A DNA stretch of 32,143 nt from an uncultured Lachnospiraceae bacterium (GCA_964568705.1 CAZMRH010000002.1:1-32143), one strand, 5' to 3'; counted from the stretch's first letter, positions 23,926 through 31,760 are shown. The notes: generated from the letters alone by a model not told the origin. Program-made: numbers and translations.

Positions 23926-24095
23926 GGAGTACGCGGCCTTTTTGAAAAAAGCCTGGCGAAAAACTTTCAAAAGGGGCTTATTCAGACAAGGCTTGGTTTA
24001 AATCGTCAGAATTAAATCGGGCGGTTTTTCCGTGGCATTTATGTTTTTCCTGCACGTTTTTCGAAAAGGCGCGCAGGTGTCGGGCGAAGCCTGAC
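23926..24095 (+). repeat. Modular intergenic repeat, copy 2 (plus orientation, best reference copy)
   Basis: GGAGTACGCGGCCTTTTTGAAAAAAGCCTGGCGAAAAACTTTCAAAAGGGG ... AAGGCTTGGTTTAAATCGTCAG ... GCACGTTTTTCGAAAAGG ... AGGTGTCGGGCGAAGCCTGAC. It fills the whole gap between the hydrolase-like stop and the esterase RBS. Confidence 0.8.
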
Positions 24096-24120
24096 TTATA
24101 ATTAAAACACGAGGTACATC

Positions 24121-24867
24121 ATGGCACATATTATCTGTACATACAATTCCGGCACACTCGGTAGTGACGTCACATTTCACGCCGTCCTCCCGGACTACAT
24201 CAAGGAAGATATCCCGACAGTATATCTGCTCCACGGAATGGGCGACAACGAGACTACGTGGTGCCGAATGACTTCATGCGAACGGTACGCCGGTCAGCTC
24301 GGTGTCGCGCTCATCATGCCGTCGGTCAGACACAGCTACTACAGCGACATGGTCAACGGACTTCCGTATTACACATTCGTGACCGATGAACTGCTTCACC
24401 GCACGCGTGATATGTTTCACCTTAGTCATAACCGTGAAAAGACCTTTACCGCCGGACTTTCGATGGGCGGCTACGGTGCGCTGAAGATCGCACTCCGCAA
24501 TCCCGAGATCTATGCGGGTGCGGCGTCCCTCTCGGGTGTGACCGACATTGCAGAAGTGTTCTGTAACAACGGCTACTGGCCGGATGACGCCCGTCTCAAC
24601 TGGGGCGACGACTTCAAGACGACGCTTCCCGGCAGTGACAGCGACCTGTTCGCGCTGGTCGACCGCTTCGCCGACTCATCCCTTCCGAAGCCGCGCATCT
24701 ATCAGGCATGCGGCACGGAGGACTTCCTCTACACCGACAACATCCGCTTCCGCGACTATATCAAGGATAAGGGATTTGACTACAAGTACGAGGAAGCACC
24801 CGGCACACATGAGTGGGACTTCTGGGACAAATTCCTTCGTCCCGCAATAGATTTCATAAAGGAATAA
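24121..24867 (+). CDS. Esterase family protein (alpha/beta hydrolase, EstA / esterase D-like)
   Basis: 248 aa. The N-terminal Y-x-S-x-x-L-G-x-x-V-x-F-x-x-V-L-P, the nucleophile elbow GLSMGGYGALKIAL and a C-terminal PGTHEW match the putative-esterase fold. Confidence 0.78.
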   Translation: MAHIICTYNSGTLGSDVTFHAVLPDYIKEDIPTVYLLHGMGDNETTWCRMTSCERYAGQLGVALIMPSVRHSYYSDMVNGLPYYTFVTDELLHRTRDMFHLSHNREKTFTAGLSMGGYGALKIALRNPEIYAGAASLSGVTDIAEVFCNNGYWPDDARLNWGDDFKTTLPGSDSDLFALVDRFADSSLPKPRIYQACGTEDFLYTDNIRFRDYIKDKGFDYKYEEAPGTHEWDFWDKFLRPAIDFIKE

Positions 24868-24892
24868 TCATTTATATTTTTCGGAGTACATT

Positions 24893-25825
24893 ATGTGGTT
24901 TATTTTTGCACTTGCTACTGTGCTTATGTGGGGTTTTGCCGACCTCTTTTATAAAAAAGGCGCAGACGAGCGCGATCGTTACAGTCACCTGAAGACAACA
25001 GTCGCAGTCGGTGTCGTGATGGGATTCCACGCGGCATCCGTGCTGATCTTCACCGATGTTGGTTACGACATACGCAACATCATCATATACCTCCCGGTGT
25101 CACTCTTTTACATAACCTCAATGGCGGTCGGCTACTTCGGACTCCGTTATCTCGAGCTGTCAATTTCCTCACCCGTACAGAATACGTCGGGTGCATTGGT
25201 GTGCATACTCTGCCTCGTCATCCTCGGCCAGACGATGGATGCGCTGTCGGCAGTCGCGGTGGTGATAATCTGCGCCTCTCTCATCGTGCTCGGATGGCTT
25301 GAGCGCGATAAGCGAAAGACCACGCCGTGCGACCCGGATCACAAGTTCCGCATCGGAGCGTTTGCGCTCTTCATTCCGATAATCTACTGCGTACTTGACG
25401 CGCTCGGCACGTTCTTCGACGCGTACTATCTCGATGATATCGAAGCAACACCGCTCGTCGGAGTTAATGAGGATAACTTCGAGAATGTCGCTAACATCTC
25501 GTATGAGCTGACGTTCTTCATCGCGGCGGTCGCAATACTTATATTCCTCTTTATCAAGAAAGAACCGTTCCTCATCCGCGATCAGGGACCCCGAGCCGCC
25601 GCCGCACTCTTTGAGACTGTCGGCCAGCTCACCTACGTCTATGCGATGAGCGGGAACGCCGTCGTCGCAGCTCCGATGATCGCATCGTACAGCATAGTCT
25701 CCGTCGCACTGTCGCGCATATTCCTAAAAGAAAAGCTCACGCTCTGGCAAAAGTTCGCGGTCGGCGCGGTGCTTCTCGGAATCGTTCTACTCGGTATTGC
25801 GGAAGGCATCGCCGAGAGCGAATGA
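24893..25825 (+). CDS. EamA/DMT-superfamily transporter
   Basis: 310 aa with about 10 helices in two halves. The N-terminus is MWFIFALATVLMWGFADLFYKKG. There is a GGAG RBS. Confidence 0.7.
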   Translation: MWFIFALATVLMWGFADLFYKKGADERDRYSHLKTTVAVGVVMGFHAASVLIFTDVGYDIRNIIIYLPVSLFYITSMAVGYFGLRYLELSISSPVQNTSGALVCILCLVILGQTMDALSAVAVVIICASLIVLGWLERDKRKTTPCDPDHKFRIGAFALFIPIIYCVLDALGTFFDAYYLDDIEATPLVGVNEDNFENVANISYELTFFIAAVAILIFLFIKKEPFLIRDQGPRAAAALFETVGQLTYVYAMSGNAVVAAPMIASYSIVSVALSRIFLKEKLTLWQKFAVGAVLLGIVLLGIAEGIAESE

Positions 25826-25873
25826 CACATACATCAAGGTAAAATTCAATATAATACACAGGAGAGTACGATC

Positions 25874-26584
25874 ATGTTAAGAATCGAGCATTTCACAAAG
25901 ACCTACGGCGATAAAAAAGCGGTGGACGATCTCTCGCTCCACATCCGTCCCGGTGAAATCTACGGCTTTATCGGTCACAACGGTGCGGGCAAAACAACGA
26001 CGCTGAAAGCATGCAGCGGTATCCTGCAGTTCGACGCCGGCGAAATCTACGTCGATGGAATGTCGGTAAAGGAGAATCCCGTCGAGTTCAAGAAAAAGAT
26101 CGCCTACATCCCCGACAATCCCGATCTTTACGAATTCCTTACAGGCATCAAATACTTAAACTTTATCGCGGACGTATACGGCGTAAGCTCCGCTGACCGT
26201 GCCGAGCGCATTAAAAAGTACGGCGATGCGTTCGAGCTTACGAATAATCTTGCTCAGCCGATCGGCGACTATTCACACGGTATGAAGCAGAAGCTCGCCG
26301 TCATTTCCGCACTCATCCACACACCACGTCTTATGCTTCTGGACGAGCCGTTCGTCGGACTTGACCCGAAGGCATCGCACATCCTCAAGGAGATCATGAC
26401 TGAGCTGTGCGCGTCAGGAGGAGCTATATTCTTCTCGACGCACGTGCTTGAGGTCGCTGAAAAGCTGTGTCACAAGGTCGCCGTCATCAAGAACGGTCAT
26501 TTGCTCGTATCCGGCACTATGGAAGAAGTGCGCGGCAACTCGTCACTTGAGGATGTGTTCCTCGAGCTTGAGGAGGAGGGCTGA
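25874..26584 (+). CDS. ABC transporter ATP-binding protein
   Basis: Walker A GHNGAGKTT, Q-loop, signature YSHGMKQKL, Walker B LMLLDEPFVGLD and H-loop STHVLE. Confidence 0.93.
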   Translation: MLRIEHFTKTYGDKKAVDDLSLHIRPGEIYGFIGHNGAGKTTTLKACSGILQFDAGEIYVDGMSVKENPVEFKKKIAYIPDNPDLYEFLTGIKYLNFIADVYGVSSADRAERIKKYGDAFELTNNLAQPIGDYSHGMKQKLAVISALIHTPRLMLLDEPFVGLDPKASHILKEIMTELCASGGAIFFSTHVLEVAEKLCHKVAVIKNGHLLVSGTMEEVRGNSSLEDVFLELEEEG

Positions 26585-26586
26585 AA

Positions 26587-28242
26587 ATGCTTAAATCTCT
26601 GATAATAATCAGGTTTCGGTTTCTGTATACGTCATTGTTCCGCAATCAGACGAATAAAAATTCGCTCAAATCCGGAAAAACAAAAAAAGTGGGCGGTAAG
26701 GTCACAAAGGTGCTGCTTGTCCTGCTAATGATCTACGCGTATGTTGCCGTAGGCTTCGCCGTCGGGATGATGCTTTATGAAATAGCTAAAGCCTTTCTCC
26801 CTACTCCGTTCGCATGGCTGTATTATTCATTTGCCGCCATCGCCGCGTTCGCGCTGTCCTTCGTCGGCAGCATCTTCGCAACACAGTCGCAGCTGTTCGA
26901 CTCGCGCGACAACAATCTGCTGCTGTCTATGCCTGTGCCGCCCGCGTACATCCTCGCGTCACGGCTTATCTCCGTCGTACTCGTGAACATGTTCTTCTGC
27001 TCCATCATCTATGTTCCGGCGGGAGTTGTCGTATGTATACTCGGTCACGTGACGGCTGTCGGTGTGGTGATGTATATTCTCACGGCGATACTCATATCAC
27101 TTCTGTCAGTCGTGCTTTCATGCATATTCGGCTGGCTTATCGCATGGATTTCATCGAAGATGAAAAACAAGAACCTCATTTCGCTCATCTTCTCGCTTGT
27201 GTTCTTATTTGCGTATTTCTTCCTCTATCCGCAGGCGTATTCGTACATTCAGGTGCTCATAAAGAACGGCAGTGATGTTGCCGATGCGATTCGCCGTGCG
27301 ATGTTCCCATTCTACTGCGCGGGAGTCGCAGTCGCCGATACGAAGGTTGTCGAGTTTCTCATCCTCGCGGCAATCTCGATCGTCTGCTTTGCCGCAATAT
27401 ACGCGATTCTTTCCGCAAGCTTTATCCGCATCGTATCGGCGAATCGCGGCAGGGTCAGCACTGTCTACCGCGAGAAGCGCGCCGAGCAGAACAGCCCGCT
27501 TGCGGCACTCACCAAGCGTGAGATGCGCCGCTTCTTCGGCAACTATATGTACATCATGAACGCAGGACTAGGACTTATTTTCGCGATCATCGTCATCGTC
27601 GCCGCGGCGGTCAAGTATAACGACATTCAGGCATTCATCGCCGGATTCGGTCAAACGCTTCCCGAAGGATACATTGACGGCGCACTCGGCGGTGCGATTG
27701 CACTTCTGAACTGCGGACTTGCTTCAACCTGCACGATCAGCGCACCGTCCATTTCGCTCGAAGGTAAGAATCTGTGGATCATTCAGTCGCTGCCCGTCGG
27801 CGGAAGTACGATATTTTTAGCAAAAGCGATGTCGCATTTTGTCATCGCGGCACCTGTTCTTGCAGTATCGTCGCTCTCTCTTTCAATCATGTTTAATGTA
27901 GGATTTCTACCCGCGCTCATCGCGATATTCGTACCCATCTGCTTCACCGCGTTCATGTCACTGTTCGGCATATTCGCCAACATGAAGTTCCACAATTTCA
28001 ACTACGTTTCCGATATTGCCGCGATCAAGCAGAGCATATCCGTGCTTATCACCATGCTCGGAAGTATGGCGGTGATCGCTGTACCGATCATCTTCTCGGT
28101 ACTCGGATTTAAGGGCGGAGCAAACTTCAGCGTCAACACAATTGCACTTCTCCTCGGCGCGGCAACGCTTGTTCTCGCCGGGCTCATCTTCGCATATATT
28201 AAAGCAAGGGGCGACCGGGTACTTGTTTCCTTCAGCGACTGA
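26587..28242 (+). CDS. Large ABC exporter-type permease
   Basis: 551 aa with 10-12 helices. It starts 3 nt after the ATPase stop and has a GGAGGAGGG RBS. Pairing with an ABC-2-type ATPase suggests the putative ABC exporter family. Confidence 0.72.
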   Translation: MLKSLIIIRFRFLYTSLFRNQTNKNSLKSGKTKKVGGKVTKVLLVLLMIYAYVAVGFAVGMMLYEIAKAFLPTPFAWLYYSFAAIAAFALSFVGSIFATQSQLFDSRDNNLLLSMPVPPAYILASRLISVVLVNMFFCSIIYVPAGVVVCILGHVTAVGVVMYILTAILISLLSVVLSCIFGWLIAWISSKMKNKNLISLIFSLVFLFAYFFLYPQAYSYIQVLIKNGSDVADAIRRAMFPFYCAGVAVADTKVVEFLILAAISIVCFAAIYAILSASFIRIVSANRGRVSTVYREKRAEQNSPLAALTKREMRRFFGNYMYIMNAGLGLIFAIIVIVAAAVKYNDIQAFIAGFGQTLPEGYIDGALGGAIALLNCGLASTCTISAPSISLEGKNLWIIQSLPVGGSTIFLAKAMSHFVIAAPVLAVSSLSLSIMFNVGFLPALIAIFVPICFTAFMSLFGIFANMKFHNFNYVSDIAAIKQSISVLITMLGSMAVIAVPIIFSVLGFKGGANFSVNTIALLLGAATLVLAGLIFAYIKARGDRVLVSFSD

Positions 28243-28258
28243 ATGGGGTACAGGGTGT

Positions 28259-28370
28259 GAGGAAACACAGCTTTTTTAGGGAAAAAACCCGGCAAAAAGC
28301 TTTTTATTGAGGTTAATCATGTCAAGGCTTTGCATGAATCGTCAGTTTCGTTTCGTTCCCTGACCCGGAG
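28259..28370 (+). repeat. Modular intergenic repeat, copy 3 (plus orientation)
   Basis: GAGGAAACACAGCTTTTTTAGGGAAAAAACCCGGCAAAAAGCTTTTTATTGAGG ... AAGGCTTTGCATGAATCGTCAG, then the hairpin GTCAG-14 nt-CTGAC. It starts about 20 nt after the permease stop. Confidence 0.7.
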
Positions 28371-28416
28371 TCATTCATCCTTTACCTTTAATTATTAATT
28401 ATTTTGTCTATAATCA

Positions 28417-28445
28417 AAAAGGAGAGGTTTCCCTCTCCTTTTCGA
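28417..28445. terminator. Bidirectional intrinsic terminator between the ABC permease and the small anchored protein gene
   Basis: AAAAA GGAGAGG ttt c CCTCTCC TTTT (stem 28421-28438), between convergent genes. Confidence 0.8.
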
Positions 28446-28907
28446 TTATTTGTCCTTCTTTTTCGGAATGAGTGCGATCACGACTGCGATTATTACAACC
28501 ACGACTATCACCGCAATGATTACACCCCACGCCATACCGTCAGTTTTGGCGTTTGCCGCGGCGGTGGTCTCTGATACGGCAGTCGAGCCGATCACTCCAT
28601 TGTCATCCGTACTGATGTTACCTGAGCTTGTGGTGTCGGCCGTCGTACCCATACCGGAAGCGGCTTTATCCGTACTGCCCGAAATATTGGTATTGTTTGA
28701 CGTGACGTTACCCGTCGCGGACGTCACAGCTCCAGTGCCGCTGTCAGCCGCCGTACCGAACAAATCCGCACTCTCCGCAATTGCTGACTCTGCATCACGA
28801 ATATTGTCTTTAATGTCCGCCGCACCTACCGCAAGCGTCAGGTACAGGCTCATCAGGGCAAGTGCGGTAAGCAACGCCCATACTTTTGTGCTGTTTTTTG
28901 TGTTCAT
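28446..28907 (-). CDS. Small secreted S/T/G/A-rich protein with a C-terminal membrane anchor
   Basis: The 344-aa ORF is trimmed to the ATG at 28907 (AGGGGA RBS). It has a signal peptide MNTKNSTKVWALLTALALMSLYLTLAVGAAD. The middle is low-complexity and T/S/G/A-rich. The C-terminus is WGVIIAVIVVVVIIAVVIALIPKKKDK, with no LPXTG motif. Confidence 0.6.
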   Translation of the reverse strand: MNTKNSTKVWALLTALALMSLYLTLAVGAADIKDNIRDAESAIAESADLFGTAADSGTGAVTSATGNVTSNNTNISGSTDKAASGMGTTADTTSSGNISTDDNGVIGSTAVSETTAAANAKTDGMAWGVIIAVIVVVVIIAVVIALIPKKKDK

Positions 28908-28934
28908 TTTTATCCCCTTTACTTTTACTGCACA

Positions 28935-29086
28935 CTTATATTGTTCCGAAAAATCGATCGAATATTCGCTATTTTGATATACTGAAATTTGACATTCAAG
29001 TAATGAAAGGTAACACATTGCTTTTTTAGAAAAGTAACGGGAAGCTTTCAAAAGGTTTCTTTCCAAAGAAGCCGTGTTTTCCTCCA
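28935..29086 (-). repeat. Modular intergenic repeat, copy 5 (minus orientation, partial)
   Basis: The reverse complement of 29036-29086 reads GGAGGAAAACACGGCTTCTTTGGAAAGAAACCTTTTGAAAGCTTCCC, a shortened module 1. The reverse complement of 28943-28960 reads CGATCGATTTTTCGGAAC, which resembles the CACGTTTTTCGGAAA module. Confidence 0.5.
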
Positions 29087-29135
29087 TTACCTGCATGGCA
29101 AATTTCGGTTTACCACACATCACGGAGGTATCCAT

Positions 29136-29471
29136 ATGGAATCGAAACGGTTTACGAAAAACGACTCCGGCTTTATCTGCGCTCACTGCGGTAAAAAAGT
29201 CGAGCCGCTCGGCTATACATCGCGCAATCACTGCCCGTTTTGCCTGTGGTCGCTTCATCTTGACGAAAACCCCGGCGACCGTGCGTCGGAATGCGGCGGT
29301 CAGATGGAGCCTGTCGCCGCAGTGACCGATGCAAAGCGCGGCTACATCATCATTCACAAATGCACGAAATGCGGTCAGATAAGGCGAAATAAAGCAGCAC
29401 ATGAGGCGAAGTATCAGCCTGACAATCTCAGCAAGATAATTGAGCTGACAAGTCATGCGTCCGAATACTGA
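29136..29471 (+). CDS. RNHCP domain protein (zinc-ribbon type)
   Basis: 111 aa containing the literal SRNHCPFCLWSLH motif plus the CAHCG and CTKCG cysteine pairs. There is a GGAGGT RBS. Confidence 0.8.
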   Translation: MESKRFTKNDSGFICAHCGKKVEPLGYTSRNHCPFCLWSLHLDENPGDRASECGGQMEPVAAVTDAKRGYIIIHKCTKCGQIRRNKAAHEAKYQPDNLSKIIELTSHASEY

Positions 29472-29505
29472 GCTGTCCACCGCCGCTTCTTTTTGCCGTT
29501 ATATA

Positions 29506-29534
29506 TTGCTTTTTCGGACAGCCTGTGTTATAAT
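29506..29534 (+). promoter_or_regulatory. Sigma-A-type promoter of the O-antigen-ligase-like gene
   Basis: TTGCTT, a 17-nt spacer, then TATAAT with TGt immediately upstream (extended -10). Confidence 0.6.
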
Positions 29535-29631
29535 ACGGTGTATGGCTGTAAAATTGTTCCGCGCAGCTGTCTGCGCCTCTGCCGGTGCGCATCCTCATGT
29601 CCGGCAGATCAGTTATTTTTGAGGTATGATA

Positions 29632-31068
29632 ATGCTTATAAATCTTTTTAATATATTCAGGGAACATCTCAGAGAAAAATGGTTCCGCGTGATGCTGTAT
29701 ATCGCACTTGCCATGTTTCTCTCAGAGTACCTTGCCCCGCTGCTGGTCGGTGCAGCGTTTATCGCCGCCATCCGTGAAGCGAAGGAAAGCGGGCATAAGC
29801 TCCTTTCCGGCTCGACAATCATCCCGCTTGTACTCTACGTCATCTACATGATAATCGGCCTCACCTATACCTCCGATCCCGGCTCAACCTTCTGCAACTG
29901 TCTGATGTGGGCATTTATGCTCATCGTATACATTTCCTTCGTCACCGTGCTCACCTCGCGCAAACGCTTCAGATGCGCACTTATCATGTTCACCTGCGTA
30001 ACTGCCGTCAACGGTGCGGTTGCCGCGGTGCAGTACGTGATTTACAGATTTTTTGGCGGCACGATCGATCTTCAGTTATGGAAGTGGTTTGAGCGTCTCA
30101 TCGTCAGAGTATACCCGATCGAGCTGTATCCCGACCTTGAGGGACGTTCCTGCTCAACTTTCAACAATGCAAACGTTTTTGCCGAATTTATGGTAATGCT
30201 CATTCCGTTCGTGTTATGCTGCCTCTGCCTGAGGTGCAACAATCGTCAGAGAGTCGTCACCATCCTCTTTACCATCTGCTCGTTTGTCGGTGTGCTGTTC
30301 ACCTTCTCACGGGGCGCTTACCTCGCGCTCATCTTTATTCTTCTCCTGTTTGTGTTATTCTACATAAAGAAGTTTCCGCTGATTATCGCGATTGCGGTCA
30401 TTGTGGTGGCTGTGCTTCCGTCAACCGTCACGATGCGCTTTTCCACTATCGGCACCTCAAGCGAGATAGTGGACGATGTATCAAAGGTGGTAATAGACGA
30501 TGAATCAGAAGAATCGCACAGTGACTCACTGCTCGACGGTATCGTGACGGAAATCGAGAAGGCGCTTCAGTCAACTGCCGGTGACGGCTCGATAATCGAA
30601 CGGTTCCAGGTGTGGATCGCATCACTCAATCTGATAAGCGAGCGCCCGGTATTCGGTTACGGCGCGGGATTTTATACTGTGCAGACACTGCTTCACGCAC
30701 AAAACATCGCACCGCCTCATGCCCACAATCTCTACCTCCAGGTGATGCTTGAGGGCGGCGTAATAGCACTTGCGCTTATGCTGTGGATAATACTTTCATC
30801 AATTGCAAAGGGTGTGCTTATGCTTCGCAAGGGCGCCGTGCCACTGCTCGGACTTTGCGCTGTAGCATACGGAGGCGCGTTCATCATCGTATCACTCACC
30901 GACTTTCCGCTTCTCACACCGAAGCTCGTCATGGCGTTCATGGCGGTGCTCGGCATGATCGACAGCGCATGCGGACTTTACTGTGAACGTAAAACAAAGA
31001 GCTTTTTTGCTGCATTATTTCCCTTTGGAGGGAATCGAGGCGAAACTTTTCAGTATTTTTCCTCTTGA
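29632..31068 (+). CDS. O-antigen ligase / polymerase-like (Wzy_C) polytopic membrane protein
   Basis: About 478 aa with 10 or more helices. It has the FSRGAYLAL motif after a helix and a large loop preceding GYGAGFY...HAHNLYLQVMLEGG, typical of the Wzy_C/O-antigen ligase family. I chose the ATG at 29632 for its 6-nt spacing from the GAGGT RBS. Confidence 0.72.
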   Translation: MLINLFNIFREHLREKWFRVMLYIALAMFLSEYLAPLLVGAAFIAAIREAKESGHKLLSGSTIIPLVLYVIYMIIGLTYTSDPGSTFCNCLMWAFMLIVYISFVTVLTSRKRFRCALIMFTCVTAVNGAVAAVQYVIYRFFGGTIDLQLWKWFERLIVRVYPIELYPDLEGRSCSTFNNANVFAEFMVMLIPFVLCCLCLRCNNRQRVVTILFTICSFVGVLFTFSRGAYLALIFILLLFVLFYIKKFPLIIAIAVIVVAVLPSTVTMRFSTIGTSSEIVDDVSKVVIDDESEESHSDSLLDGIVTEIEKALQSTAGDGSIIERFQVWIASLNLISERPVFGYGAGFYTVQTLLHAQNIAPPHAHNLYLQVMLEGGVIALALMLWIILSSIAKGVLMLRKGAVPLLGLCAVAYGGAFIIVSLTDFPLLTPKLVMAFMAVLGMIDSACGLYCERKTKSFFAALFPFGGNRGETFQYFSS

Positions 31069-31134
31069 CAATACGTGCTGTATCATATACAATAAAGGCA
31101 GAGGACAGAATAAATTTTGATTGGAGAGAACATT

Positions 31135-31452
31135 ATGGACGACGAAATTTTTGAGGATATAGATGTATATACGCTGACTGATGAGGACGGCAAGGAAGAA
31201 CAGTTTGAGCTGCTCGGCGTATACGAGGACAACGGCGTGACATACTGCGCGCTTACACCCTATGTCGAGGACAGCTCCGAGGCTGCGTCGGATGATCAGG
31301 AGCTTGAGTATGTTGTACTCCGCCGCGAAAAGGATGCCGACGGTGAAGACATTCTTGTTTCAATCGACGACGATGACGAATTTGACCGTATAGCCGACGT
31401 TTTCGAGGATGAATTTATGAACGTCGAGTACGCTGACGATCCTGAGGAATAA
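31135..31452 (+). CDS. DUF1292 family small acidic protein
   Basis: The start is moved to MDDEIFEDIDVYTLTDEDGKEEQFELLGVYEDNGVTYCAL (GGAGAG RBS). The ...EYVVLRREKD...L..I.DDDEFDRIADVFEDEF pattern is typical of DUF1292. Confidence 0.8.
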   Translation: MDDEIFEDIDVYTLTDEDGKEEQFELLGVYEDNGVTYCALTPYVEDSSEAASDDQELEYVVLRREKDADGEDILVSIDDDDEFDRIADVFEDEFMNVEYADDPEE

Positions 31453-31574
31453 TTTTTTCACACACTGCAGATAATACTATTGCCTGAGGTACGCTGATTA
31501 TGTGTACCGACGGCGGATTACTTTCGTAAATATGCCTGCTTTGTTCGTGAGTACGGGAATTAAAACCCACAAAA

Positions 31575-31760
31575 ATTAAATGGAATCCGGACTTCTTCTG
31601 CGGGTATGCAGACCTCCCGTTTTACGGACGCTGGGAGCACAAATCAGAGGAGAGGATACCAGCCTTGCGCAAGCAGGGTTTATTAACTCCCGTATAACGG
31701 CACGGTGGGTATTCGTTGGTATTCAACAGGCTGTCGACTCAGGTCGGCAGCCTGTTTTTG
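31575..31760 (+). ncRNA. Candidate structured noncoding RNA or long structured 3' UTR (unassigned family)
   Basis: It has no credible ORF. There are two copies of a bulged hairpin, CTCCCGT-www-ACGG-(5-6 nt)-GGG(AG), at about 31613-31638 and 31687-31710, and GGA-rich single-stranded stretches (AATGGAATCCGGA, CAGAGGAGAGGATA). It ends in the strong terminator at 31727-31760. Confidence 0.3.
31727..31760 (+). terminator. Strong intrinsic terminator
   Basis: A 12-bp stem CAGGCTGTCGAC / GTCGGCAGCCTG (one G-U pair) with loop TCAG, followed by TTTTTG. Confidence 0.85.

Noticed and set aside
28908-29480. Upstream 190 codons of the 344-aa minus-strand ORF 28446-29480
   Set aside because: This part runs antisense through the well-supported RNHCP gene and across the divergent promoter region. 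A signal-peptide start with a good RBS exists at 28907, so only 28446-28907 is called.
31545-31610. GGGAA ... GGAATCCGG words reminiscent of a cobalamin riboswitch
   Set aside because: There is no GCCACTG/CCCGCCACTG core or B12 box, and no downstream regulated gene. It is reported only as an unassigned candidate RNA.
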